DNA of 64,000 nucleotides from Azolla caroliniana. Taxonomy: Eukaryota > Plantae > Polypodiophyta. Where the stretch lies: contig JBHGNT010000002.1 in NCBI GenBank assembly GCA_043228905.1, positions 23,560,001-23,624,000 of the forward strand. The letters run 5' to 3'. The stretch's first letter is position 1; each line of letters begins with the position of its first letter. A model generated the notes under the pieces. That model saw only the letters and a program-made list of their open reading frames with translations, was not told the origin of the DNA and made no database searches. The translations under genes and the position numbers were made by a program. Below are positions 37,721-50,276 of this stretch, in pieces.

Positions 37721-40698
37721 TGCTCATAATTACTACCATGGTAAATAATATATCTTGATAATGTTATCACGAAACACTTCTATAACAATGGAATCTCTTA
37801 TAATTGAGTTATCCATAGGTCAATTTTGCCCAAGTAGCTTGAAGGGGTTTGTCTACCTTTTGAAGGCTTCAATAGCTTCTTAATTTTCATCAACTCTATG
37901 TTAGCAATCCAAACTCTACCACTTCCATCCTCTTAGAACCAACTTTATTGAGTATGAATGCTAAAAGAAACAATTGGGACAACCTTTGAACATCACGATA
38001 GGGTTGACGAGGAAATAATATTGTGAAAATCCTACTCACAAAAAAACCGCACTAAATGCCCTCCCCACTAGCTTTGAATTAAGACCTTTGACTTTGGGAC
38101 CTTTTGTTTGGTCACTTAATTTACCTAAAGTCACAAATCCTTCAATTGACATTAAGTTTGGTTTCTTTGTTTACTACATGAATCATGATGCATTGAGTTT
38201 TCCAATACTTCGAAGATAGTACATTCATTCCTAATGCAATTGAAGACATCATGAATGTGAAAAAAAATCCTTGTCTAAAGAGGGAAAATTATTTCTCAAC
38301 AAGGTACAAAAACAATGGGTACAAAGATTATTTAGAAACAAGCTTAGGTTTACATTGCCTCAATGTCATGTTTGAATAAACATTTCCATAGAGAGCATAT
38401 CGTGTAAAGAACATTAAGATTTCACAAATGATATGATTGTGCTTATATGCAACTAGAATCTTGCATTTGCAAAATCCTATTTGGATTCTTAAATTTATGA
38501 GAAAAAAAGTTTGACAAAAAATCTTGTCTCTTAAAGAAAGAAAGTTTGACAAAAATTGTCACTTAAGCATAACAACCATTGACTTTCAATCAAGTTCTTT
38601 TGTCTCATCTTTTATACAGGTATAGAATGTTTGCAAAACTCAAAGCAAAGTGAGAATAGGTCAAGAAGTCTTGGATCTCCAACAAATACAATAGAAATTA
38701 CTTCAAGCAATAAGGATTCAATATGATTCTTTCTAACTCACTCCAAGTTCCTCTTTGTTACTTTGATTGAAAGTTAAAACCAACATCATCATCATAGTCA
38801 CGAAGCCCTTTTGTTCCTGAGCATTCTTCTTAGAATCATCCATGGTCAAGTGTGGGAAATTAGATTGTGACGCATCAAGACACATATTGAGTGACCCAGA
38901 AACAATCATGGATTGTCCAAGCATAGAGTCTACAAATGTTAAGACCATAACACATGTGATTCTCTCTAATGGTTAGATAAGATAGTACAACAAAATGAGT
39001 TAGTGAGACATATCAGGTATCAGAAGGTTTGGAATGTGAGTGGGGTAAGTTTCCCTTGTGAAAATTTGTGAAGTTGAGTATGATACATTATATGATTTAG
39101 CCAAATCCACAATCCATCTCCATGGAGATTCTTCGTTTTGTACTTCATAATGATCCTTAAGGTTGGCTATTAGTATTAGAAATGATTTACTTTTATTAGA
39201 TTTTATGGCTGATGTGGATTTATGCCTTGAACAATGATATACTCAAAGGTTTTGTCTTTGTAAATTTGATCCTCAATCTTGCCACTAAAGCAAATCATTC
39301 CAAGGGTCATATGAGTATCATACATTGCAATAAGAAATGTGGGAGATCATAAATGATGTAATGCATATCCTTTATCATCATGTTTGTCAACTTTACTTGG
39401 CAACATAAGTAACAAAATCAACAATATATCACATGATGAGGTTCCAATTTGTATGAAGGCCAAGATTAAGAATAGTTTATTTATATCTAGATATGATCAA
39501 TATTACACATACAAATTGTTTATCCACAAGTCAATGATAGTCCGTGTATCACTGAAACATAGATCATGTCCACGTCTCCTAAGAGTTTCATAGACGTAAA
39601 TTTAAGCACTCGACCTCTCTAGCCAATGCGTCAATTTATCTCAAGAGTTAGGACATTGTCGTACATCCATTGAGACCATCTCTACATCTTCCCAAATCCC
39701 CATGTCTAAATTCTCAATGAAAGAATATGAAGTGATTCATATACTAAGTTATAAAAAATGAAATCTCAAAATGCCGTTCAAGCTCATCAATCTCCCAAAA
39801 TGCCAACAAATAATGTGTTTGAGATAAACAAGCAATGATGCCATGTCAAATCTAACAACCAAAAAACAATCCCATATAATAAAAAGCTTATTCCATCACA
39901 TCCGTCATTGCGCAATCCATGGTTAGTTTCTTGTAACCTCATGGTTTACACTTAGCATTCCATGTGAATGAATAGCCAAACTACTTCTCCCAAAATGGCA
40001 TTCTTCACAAGCCCTAGGCATGCCCATGTGCACCTGTTGTACTAAGAGAAAGGGCATGCATTAAGAGATTGGAGAGCCAACATGTGAATTTACCCTACCA
40101 TGCAAGTAGTAATTAACATCTCTTCAATTCCATTCAGGAGTTTGAAACTCTAAATTGTTTCAACCGGAATTGCTTAAAATTTTGAAACTTCAACCAACCC
40201 TAACCTTGAAACCTTTTAACCAAAACCATTTAAACCAAAAATCAATCAATCTAAACCATTTGAGGAATTTTCACATGCAAACCAAATGTTTCAAATTGTC
40301 TAACAAACCATTAAGTCGCACTTCGCAATTCAATTTCAGTTTGAATTGAATTATTGGTGATTGTTTACATTTAGTTTTCACATTTTCAGGAAAGAAAACC
40401 AGAACTTAAAAAGAATTATTAGGGGGTTAAAGTTAAAACTTCATAATAGTATTACATATGACATAACTTATAAAGTTAATTTTTATTTATTTATTTTAAA
40501 TAAAGAATAGTCCCCCAATCGGTTAAGCTGTTAAGTCTTACATCGTTAAGACAATAAAGACTCAAGCCAAACCCTTAAACCCCCCGATCTAAAACCGTTT
40601 ACGAATTTTGGAACTCAAACTGAACCAAACCAAACCAAACTGGTTAAGCTATTAACTCGCAGTTTCGCAGTACTGTTGTCTATTACGACATGGGGAGG

Positions 40699-41107
40699 TG
40701 TTAAGGGTCCCATAAATCAAAGACCTCAACTCCTTGTTTAGGTCATCGAATGAGAAGCACTCTTAATGTTCTTGCATGCGTGGCCAAGAGTTGCTAAAAG
40801 ATTGGTCCTACATTTTGTGAATGTACCCCTTACTTGCAAAAAGTTTAAGATGCCCTATAAATAAGACCTTGAGTTATCTGGGATCATTGCATGATCACCA
40901 TTCTTAGACTCTTGCTGGAGTATTAAGATATTGGATCTCCCGTGTGTAAACACACCCGTAATTGGAGAGAGGTTACAAAGCCCTATAAATAGGAACATAA
41001 TTCTTCATTTGTATTACCAAGTGATCAATCTTGAGAGTGAGCCCAATATCCACTCTTATTAAGTGATTAAGTGGTTCTTGGCATTGTATCATAAAACTTC
41101 ATAAACA
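40699..41107 (+). mobile_element. Putative 3' LTR remnant overlapping the PPR stop codon
   Basis: Purine tract GGGGAGG immediately before TGTTAAGG, CTATAAATAGG at ~40983, end ...TAAACA. No TSD identified. Confidence 0.55.
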
Positions 41108-44007
41108 TTGTTGTTTTGTGCAATCTTCCATGCATTAGAAAGCTTCCGAAGCTCTTCAATTTCCTTCAGGTCTTGCAATTTTTGGCTGTCAACGTATATG
41201 TTTGGATTCAAGTTAACAATTTCATTAAAGCACGCCCTGGCTAGGTCAGTTTGACCATAAGTTTTACAGGCAGTGAGTAATGACATCCACCCAATGATAC
41301 TAGATAAATTTGGTATACTTTGGAGCATTTTTATGGCTTCACCCAAGCACCCGGCCCTTCCTAAGAGATCAATCACACAATTCAAGTGTTCAATAGTTAG
41401 AGCCATATTACCCTCATTGATCATCAATTTCAATGATCGATGGCCTTCCTCAAGTTCACCCGCATGACTAAATGCAGCAAGAAGATTTGAATAAGTCCGA
41501 TGAGCAGGTCTAAAACCTTCTTTTTGCATGTTCTTTGTACATTTCCATGCTTGTTTCCAATGACCTTGTTGGGCATAGCCACCAATCATTGCATTCCATA
41601 CAACTATGTTACGATCTGGCATGCTTTGTAATACATTTTGAGCATCTTCTAGGAGACCAAGTTTTGAATACATATCAACAAGCAAGCTTCCGATGGCCAC
41701 ATCAACTTCAAAATTATTTTGGACAATCTCCATGTGTATAAGTTTTCCTTGTCCTAATGCACCCATGCTACAGCATGCTTTTAATACACATAAAAGTGTT
41801 ACTTTATCAGGTTTAACATACTCTGATACCATTTTCCAATACAAATCAAGAGCCTTGTAGCTATCCCCTTGAAGAGTATATCCGGCAATCATTGCACCCC
41901 ATGAGAAAAGGCCCCTATTTGGCATTCTATCAAACACTTCACAAGCTTCTTCAATGTGACCACACTTAGCATACATGTCTACTAGTGCACTTCCAATTAC
42001 CATACTCATTTGAAACCCATCTTTTACCAGCTTTTCGTGTACACGTTTTCCCTCCAATATGGACCCGAGTCTGGAGCAAGCTTTTAGAATGCATGAGAAT
42101 GTGACTCTATCTGGAAGCAAGCCTTCTTTTTGCATTTCATCAAAAGTCTCTAATGCATAAAGGTTGCAACCATGATGAACATAGCCAGCAATTAATGCAT
42201 TCCATGAGACTACATTATGTATGGTCATAGTCTGAAAGACAATATGTGCTTCTATTAGGCTGCCACATTTACAATACATATCCACTAGGCTGTTGCCAAC
42301 AATGACATCTTGCTCAAATCCACTTCTAATAATTGTATAATTAACCAACCTACCATATGATATTAATGTGGATGTTCCACATGCTTTCAATATACTAATC
42401 ATGGTAGTTTTCTCAGGCTCAAACCCCTCATAATACATCCTGTCATAGAGTTCAAATGCAGCAATATTTTGTCCATAACGTGTATAACCAGAAATCATGA
42501 TGCTCCAAGATCCTATACCTTTCTGGGTTAAACAATCAAACATTTTTCGCGCAGCATCAAGCTCCCCACATTTGGCATACATGTCAATAAGCGCATTCTC
42601 AAATATAGAATCCAAATGAAACCCATGTCCAAGTATTTGGTCATGTATTTGTCTACCCTTCGGTAGGCATTCAATGTTACTACATGCTTTTAGGATGCAT
42701 GAGTATGTAGCTTTATCTGGCTCAACACCATCCTTCTTCATTTCTTCAAAAGCCTCTATAGCATCTTGATCAAGCTCGGCATTCATATATCCTGATATGA
42801 TTGCATTCCAAGAGTAAACATTCTTATTGGGTAAACTCTCCAACACTACATCTGCCTCATATAGGATGCCACATTTTGCATACATTTCTACAAGGCCACT
42901 TCCAACCATAACATCTTCCTCGTCACCACTACATATAATATTATCATGTACCAAACGACCTTCCTCTATGTCTTTCCTATTGCAGCAAGCTTTCAATATG
43001 AATATAAGAGTGACTTTGCTTACATAAACTCTCTCGTTTTGCATTCTTTTGTATAGTGAAAGGGCAGGGATATCAAAACCATGTTGCACATACCCTCCAA
43101 TAGTAGTACTCCATGAGACCACATTTCGGTTTGACTGAAAATCAAACACATATCGTGCTTCTTTAAAATAGTCAAAGCTGAAATACATGTCAATAAGAGT
43201 GTTTCCAACTATGGCATCTGATTCATACCCACTTTTAATAACATTTTCATGTATTGTTTTCCCTAACTCCACATTCTTAATGCTCCCACAAGCTTTCAAA
43301 ACACATGAATAGATGAATGGATCAGCAATAATTCCTTCTGCTTGCATTCTCTCAAACATCTCAAGTGCTTCAACACCCTTTCCATATTGAGTATAACCTG
43401 TGATTATAGTGCTAAACGACACTACATCATGATGTGAATACATACAAAACACTACGTTTGCTTCTGCCAAGTTACCACATTTTATATACATATCGACTAG
43501 CATAGTTACAAGGGTACCATCTCTTTCTACACCACTTCCTATGATATGGTCATGGATGACTTTTCCTTTTTGAGAACAATAAGTTACCTTCAACATAGAC
43601 AAATATATAGATTTACATGGTTTGATACATTGTTTTCTCAATTCATCGTACAAACTAAATACAACATTAGATTCTCCTAAAGTGGCATGCGCTAATATAA
43701 TAGAAGACCATGCATATATTGATGGTTTCTCGATCCTTAAAAAAACTCTATCCACTTCTTGCAACTTACCACAATAAGAGAAAACGTTAATCCAATAATG
43801 GCCTAAACTTGGGATAGAATCAAGTCCATTATATACGATCAAAGAATACAAGTGGTTTCCACACAACAAATCTTTATGCTTTTTCTTAAAGCTCTGTATG
43901 TACTCACATACATTTTCAACAAGCAATGAGCAGTCATCTTGAAGAAGGGGGAAAGGAAATTTAGATTTTGTCAATGATGGGAAAACTTTGACAGATGATT
44001 CGACCAT
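41089..44007 (-). CDS. PLS-class pentatricopeptide repeat protein with (degenerate) E domain, 972 aa
   Basis: One long ORF of P/L/S repeats (e.g. GSALVDMYAKCGHIEEACEVFDRMPNRGLFSWGAMIAGY), then EHLNCVIDLLGRAGCL...WMSLLTACKTYG (E1). No DYW domain. A possible extra 5' exon at 44089-44128 (MMMMYSDIQEPNT) would join via a GT-AG intron at 44010-44088. Confidence 0.94.
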   Translation of the reverse strand: MVESSVKVFPSLTKSKFPFPLLQDDCSLLVENVCEYIQSFKKKHKDLLCGNHLYSLIVYNGLDSIPSLGHYWINVFSYCGKLQEVDRVFLRIEKPSIYAWSSIILAHATLGESNVVFSLYDELRKQCIKPCKSIYLSMLKVTYCSQKGKVIHDHIIGSGVERDGTLVTMLVDMYIKCGNLAEANVVFCMYSHHDVVSFSTIITGYTQYGKGVEALEMFERMQAEGIIADPFIYSCVLKACGSIKNVELGKTIHENVIKSGYESDAIVGNTLIDMYFSFDYFKEARYVFDFQSNRNVVSWSTTIGGYVQHGFDIPALSLYKRMQNERVYVSKVTLIFILKACCNRKDIEEGRLVHDNIICSGDEEDVMVGSGLVEMYAKCGILYEADVVLESLPNKNVYSWNAIISGYMNAELDQDAIEAFEEMKKDGVEPDKATYSCILKACSNIECLPKGRQIHDQILGHGFHLDSIFENALIDMYAKCGELDAARKMFDCLTQKGIGSWSIMISGYTRYGQNIAAFELYDRMYYEGFEPEKTTMISILKACGTSTLISYGRLVNYTIIRSGFEQDVIVGNSLVDMYCKCGSLIEAHIVFQTMTIHNVVSWNALIAGYVHHGCNLYALETFDEMQKEGLLPDRVTFSCILKACSRLGSILEGKRVHEKLVKDGFQMSMVIGSALVDMYAKCGHIEEACEVFDRMPNRGLFSWGAMIAGYTLQGDSYKALDLYWKMVSEYVKPDKVTLLCVLKACCSMGALGQGKLIHMEIVQNNFEVDVAIGSLLVDMYSKLGLLEDAQNVLQSMPDRNIVVWNAMIGGYAQQGHWKQAWKCTKNMQKEGFRPAHRTYSNLLAAFSHAGELEEGHRSLKLMINEGNMALTIEHLNCVIDLLGRAGCLGEAIKMLQSIPNLSSIIGWMSLLTACKTYGQTDLARACFNEIVNLNPNIYVDSQKLQDLKEIEELRKLSNAWKIAQNNNVYEVL

Positions 44008-44729
44008 GTCTAAACTGAGTCAAGGACTCAAATTTAAAGAAAGATACATTACATATATACCTCTTCTTCAAGGTTTTTGAAAGCATACCTGTATTGGGTT
44101 CTTGTATATCTGAGTACATCATCATCATCTTGTTGCATAGTATCTCTCTTTATCTGGTTATTGGATTGATTATTTATACTTAGATCATGCTCCGACAAGG
44201 CTCATTCAGCCTCAAATCTAAGTAAAACCAAAATCATTGAGGAGGAATAAAGACTAAATCTACAGAGATGCCCCTATGTTTCAAAACATGTACCACACAT
44301 AAGGGTACCCTTGTCATTTTTTTTATAGTCTAGAGGGTATTCTAAAGATATCGAAAACATTAGGCCGAAAACAAGATTAGCGAGATCCATATGTTGATGT
44401 CATGTTCATATTGCACAGCACCACTATCACATGACTTACCGAAAAGACTAAGAAGCCGTTGATGATGCCTTTGCTTAGATCACCAAAAAGTCAAGAAGAA
44501 TGAGAAGATGTTGATATCTAGAAGGGTTATCGGGGGTCAAAAGAAGAGGGTGGTGACACTTGTGCTTCGACTTTGCCCATTCGCAAGTACCGTCATTCAT
44601 GTTATAGAGGTAATTGTTGAATAAATTGGTATATGTGCCGAGAAGACATTGGGTCACTTGACCAGGGAGAGGCTTGAGCATAATTTCATTTTCAAGAACA
44701 ATTAGCTTCCCAAAGAGGCCGAACAACTA

Positions 44730-46420
44730 CTTATCGAAAGAGCGATGAGCACATGTGTTTAGAGATAGGCCCATCACCCCATGATGTTTAAAGATTTTTA
44801 TAACAATGTTTATGGTTGTGGTTTTGGTATATGAAAAGGTTAGCTCATGGGGTAAAAACCATCACAAATGAGCACTTGGTCAAGCTAGATTTAACCCCAA
44901 AACACTCCATAGTCTGTCGTTTGGTTACACCAAGAATAATTACGAGAGAAAGTCAACCTAAAGGGAAAATGTTGTATTGTTGTTTTGGTGGACTTCAAAG
45001 AAGCCTTTGACACTATACCAAGGAATGAGCTTTGGAAAATAACAATAGAGATCAAAATGTCATTAGAATATAGAGCAGTTGTTGCATGATTGTATGAGCA
45101 AGTTGGGTGTCAATGGAAAATGGATGGTCGTTTCTTGAAGTACTTCTTGAGCAACACGGGGATCAAGCATAGGTGTCCACTCTCTCCCATGCATTGTTAG
45201 ACTAGAAGAAATACTAAACATGGTTGCAAAAGAAGAAGGATTAGATGGCCCAAAACTTATGCAAGAGCAGTATATACTCATATATTACAGTGATGAGTGG
45301 GCTAATTGTTAACGTAGACAACAAAATTGATGGAAATAAAGGCAATACAACCAAGAAACTACCCACTCCTACAAACAATGGACAACAAATACGAAGTGGT
45401 GTAAAGTTTCAAATATATTGGTATTGATGTCCCATCAACAAATAGGTAGAATGTATGTCATGAGTTCGGGCGCCATTCGTGTTGGAGTTGTATAATATGT
45501 TTAAGAATCAATGCAACCAAAGCGATGTTGGGTATGGGAAATGAGATTGATGTTATTAAACATTATGGTTATTTGAGTGTTGCTTTATGGAGTGGATGTA
45601 TGGGGTGACATGACCTCACTTAGTACATGGAATTCGTACTTACGTAAACAATTGGGAGTTAAATCCTTGATGTCTTATTGTTTCATGCTACTAGAAGCCT
45701 GTGCTCATCCTAAAGAGGTGTTACCCATACAAAAAATGTATAATTATATCAAAAAGTCAAGAATATGTCCAATCACAATTTGCCAAAACATACTTCTAAT
45801 ATAGAATGCAAGGTGTAAACAAATAATAAGAGAAAAATCCTCTCATTTGGTTGGATGCTTGACAGTACTAAATGGTTTAAACAATGGAGAATATAAGATC
45901 TATTGGCATTATTAGGTGACATTATAAAGTATGTGATCGTTAAAGATAGATTATTAGCGCGGTAAGGGTGAAGTAGCAATATGCTAAAATATCAAATTTG
46001 GAATATAACATTGTGAATGTTAAAGCTCAATGTTGGCCTCGATACAAGGTAAGAATGTCATAACATATCCAACCTCATCTACTACCCCCACGAGCTTTGG
46101 CTCTTGGAGAGCCCTTATAGTTCTTCAAACTCACTCACACAAGTTAAGTGTTGAGGTAGCATAATGGCATCATCACCCAAGTATGAAGATATGCAAGGTA
46201 TGCAATGAAAACCTAGTGGAGGATGAATATAGCTTACTTCTCACATGCTTAACATATAACAAAATTTGCAAGAAGTATGATGAAGAACACCTCACTAAAG
46301 GAGAGAATCTATGTCAACTTTTGTAGATATGCCTTACCACCATATCTAGCATCAAACACAAAGGCATTGCACATACCCCATTTACAACGAATTCCTAATA
46401 CCACCAAAAGAGAACATTTT
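44730..46420 (+). mobile_element. Decayed RTE-like LINE (RT plus C-terminal Cys motif)
   Basis: Frameshifted YCCF.VDFKEAFDTIPRNELW, GIKHRCPLSP, LLYGVDVWG, SHKLSVE...ICKVCNENLVEDEY. Confidence 0.8.
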
Positions 46421-48060
46421 CATTTATCTCTTATTTTAGGGTCTACATTGAGAAATGACCATTGTCATGACTTCAATCTTCAATTAACTACATGACAAAA
46501 TTTCCCAAATGCTACATCCAATTAGACATTGTAATGATGGGAACTATCTTCCAACTAAACCATGGAAACAAAGTAATTGCTTATTGTTGACCAATGCCTC
46601 TTTAGGATTGATCCTAAAGATAGACCCCTAATCACCACTCTCTAAATAAAGAAAGACTTTCATTTGAAATGACAATTGAGAACACTATGTTGTTGATATG
46701 CTGCCATCCACGATCAAAGTTAGCTACACAGTGATGGTACAAGCTTAGACAATAATCATTAAAGCGACTCCACAGACCACATAGTGATGGTATAAGATAT
46801 TAGGAGTTACTAGTAAAAAGTGAGTTAGGTAAAGGGTCCTACTACATCAATGATTTGCTCTACAACTTCTATCAAATAAACCAATGATTAGGTTGAGTAT
46901 GTAATAAGCATCATCAAAGTCCAAAAACATGTGGGATGATGCATCGTTCACATCTCCCACCTCTATGATTTCTAGCTAAAACAAGCCATTAAACAAAGAT
47001 CGGAAAATTGTCTTTTCTCTCATACATCTGCATGATTTCTTCCATCTACACGTCCGCGATTTGCACCACTTCATCCCAACATCTTCCTTGGGCCCTTATA
47101 TTTCCTCGGAATTGAGCTCACGTTCTCTTTTGGTATTCATTAATTGGTTCCAAACATGCTAGATGAAAATGTTTCACTGTGTTTCCATAGTTCATATTGG
47201 ACTCTACAAACAATAATGAACGTTATCTATATAATGTGTGAGAGAGATTTATGCATCTATTTACCACATGGATTAAGATAATGATCATGGAGCTTTAGCA
47301 AGCCGAGTTCTTATTTTTGTTTTAGTGTGGATGACATGAATTGACACATGCTTGTAATCATGATTTATCTCATAGGCCAATTTTGGCCTCTAGTAGATGT
47401 AATATTTCTTCTTTCTTTTCCTTTTCTCTCTTTCTTATCATAGTCAACTTATCCTAGCAATAAACTAGAAGGCTACCAACAAATGGTTGGAATTTGTTAG
47501 TTACACCATATATCACTTTTTCTTAGACTACATGCCACATCAATGTATAGAACTCAAGTAGTATAATTGGTACACAATACACCCTAAACCTTTTCCATAC
47601 GTTTTACTAAAATTTAACATCTACATTATCATTTTTCTATGTTTGAATTTTAGAAATTAAATCATGTCCCATGGTGAATCTATAAGGACCCCCCCCCCCC
47701 CCCCCCCCTCCCTTTTCCCCATTGTCTCTCCATCTTAAAGTTGTCTATCAAGATTCTATCATCTTATTAAATTAGTGTTAATCTTGGACATGAGCTTCCG
47801 TGTACAAAAAAAACTTCGAACATCACATTTTCATGTAATAAGTGATTTGATTCAAGATGTTTGGTCTTATTCTTAAAAGTAAGACGAGTGTTTACCACTA
47901 GAATATCATGTTCGAATTAGTTAAACTCTTGAATCTATAAGAAACCATGTTAATATTGCTCCATCTACCAATTTTGCATGAGCTTAACAGCATCCTTATC
48001 TTGGTCGCACGTGCTCCATTGTAAATGCTTCTTTTATAACCTTGGAAAGGTCATTGTTTG

Positions 48061-48300
48061 CATTTGATTCTTCTATCACTAGACATGCATCGTTTTCTTG
48101 ATTGACATTTGCATGTGCATCTCCGACTAAAGCATCTACAATTTCATCCATTGCATCTTCCATGTGGTGACAACATTTGATTCTTCTATCACTAGACATA
48201 CATTGTTTTCTTGATTGACATTTGCATATTTGACATAACATGTGCATCACCAATTAAAGTAGCTACCATCTCATCATTGCATCCTACATTAGGTGACATC
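48061..48300. repeat. Two-copy ~113-bp tandem repeat
   Basis: CATTTGATTCTTCTATCACTAGACAT.CAT.GTTTTCTTGATTGACATTTGCAT occurs twice. Confidence 0.8.
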
Positions 48301-48575
48301 ACAATACCAACATTCTTTTGCATCATCTCATTGTTTTGTCCTAATGTTTTAAAAGATAACGTGTTCATGATTGTTTGCATGTAATCTTTTCATTCATTTG
48401 TTTTCATTTATATGTAAGGTGCAATAGCACTACAAAATTATTAAAAAAATACGAACAAGATGGTGAAGCGATAAAGGAGGTTTTGGATTCAAGTATCAAG
48501 AAATAGGTTTGGTGAGATCATGCATGTTGACATTTCCCAAAATACCCTAAACATTTTGAAATTATGTATGCACTT

Positions 48576-48578
<3 letters not shown>

Positions 48579-48632
<54 letters not shown>
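48579..48632. repeat. (TC)n microsatellite
   Basis: Uninterrupted TC dinucleotide run. Confidence 0.95.
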
Positions 48633-48634
<2 letters not shown>

Positions 48635-49179
48635 CGAGACATTGATGAGAAGCCATTAGATAGATATTATTAGCTTTCATGGGAGACTAATGCAACTTAT
48701 GGGATAGGTTTAAGCCCATGGCCAAGATCAAACTTGGGTTTTGTCAAATTTTTGTCATTGGTGTTATCATGTACACCATGGAGATAAAAGTTCGGAAGAG
48801 AAAAATGAGCTTATGAAGAGGGAGAAATTGCAAAAGAAGGATAGTTTGAGATATGTATATTATGCAAAAGTTTTAGTGTCTTTTAAGGATTTTGAGAAAT
48901 GAGGGGTATTTTGGGAAATCTGAAAGCGTGAGGGGTATTTTGGGAAATCTGAAAGCGTGAGGGGAATAGTTTGGTTAACTTCATAGATCATATGATCTAT
49001 ATAAAAGCATTGTTAACAACATGCAAACTATATAGCCCACACGATACCATACCTCATAATGATAATTCTTGGATCTCCCAAGCTTGTGTACCAATTCACA
49101 CAATCTTCTTTTTATTAAGCATATCATCTACAGAATACATTCAACTTATTTTACCAAAATTAGAGATGATTAGGAGATA

Positions 49180-50274
49180 CAGTAACCATTCGGTTAAGTG
49201 TGTGCCCACTTAAGTGCACCATTATATTAAGTGCGCTTTCTATAAAGGTCAAAATCCCAATCAAAAAAATTGCATTGTTCATGATGAAATTACATCAAGC
49301 GAAATTAAAACTATGTCCCAAACATTCAAAAAAACAATGAAAGAAAGGAGTTTTTAACAAAAAAAAAAAATTAAAAGAATTTGTTACGTGATGGTGGGTG
49401 GGGTTTCGTGATTGTGGGTGGGGGTCTCCTGGAAATGCACAAAGAGAAATGCAAGGAAAAAAAGAACCAAATTTCAGAATCGGTCTCTCGAGTCGTAGTG
49501 TCTGTGTGTGTGAGTTATGTTTTGTATGTGTGTGTGTGTGTGTTTCTGCGAGGCGGTAATTTTGATTCTCGTTAAAGAAAATAAACTTTCCTACTTAACC
49601 CAATTATCCTTTTCATTTTCCATATTCATTCATTCTTAACTATTTTTCTTTCTTTCTCTCCCACCCTCACTTTCTTAATTTTCTTTCTTTCTCTCCATCT
49701 CTTCTCCCGCCACCACCGCCACCGCCGCCCCCACCCGCCACCGCCTTCGTTCATTCTTAATTTTCTCCTTCTTTCTTTCTCTCCCTCCCTCCCTCCTCCC
49801 TCTCTTTCTCTTTCTGTGCATCTCGTTTATTTTATTTCTGTTCCAACCTATGCTTTCTCCCTTGCTCCTCCTCTCTCTTTTTCGATCTCTTCCATCTCCA
49901 CCTGTACGACGATTCCTCAAACCTCCCGCCACTAGGAAGAGAATCCAAGGAAAAATCTCATCATATCCAAGGAAGTTCATTAGGTAGGCCTAACAAAAAG
50001 GCAAAAACTCAAGGTAATATCAAACCAGGAAAAAGTGATATCAAACAAGAGTATGTTGAAACCATAAACATTTCAGCTCACTTATATCACATTAATCGAT
50101 CAAATTTGTAATGAAGAAACATATGATACGAACATAGAAGGAAAAAATTTCAAGAAACCCGAAAAAAAAATTTAAAAACCCCAAAAATTTTCAAAAAACC
50201 CCTAAATGCGCAGCTCGGTTAAGTGCGCACTTCACCCATGCGTTCAAAGTGCGAACTTAACCGAATGGTTACTG
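49180..50274. mobile_element. Non-autonomous Tc1/mariner-superfamily (pogo-like) element
   Basis: Perfect 20-bp TIR CAGTAACCATTCGGTTAAGT / ACTTAACCGAATGGTTACTG; TA on both sides; subterminal AAGTGCGC-like repeats. Confidence 0.9.
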
Positions 50275-50276
50275 TA

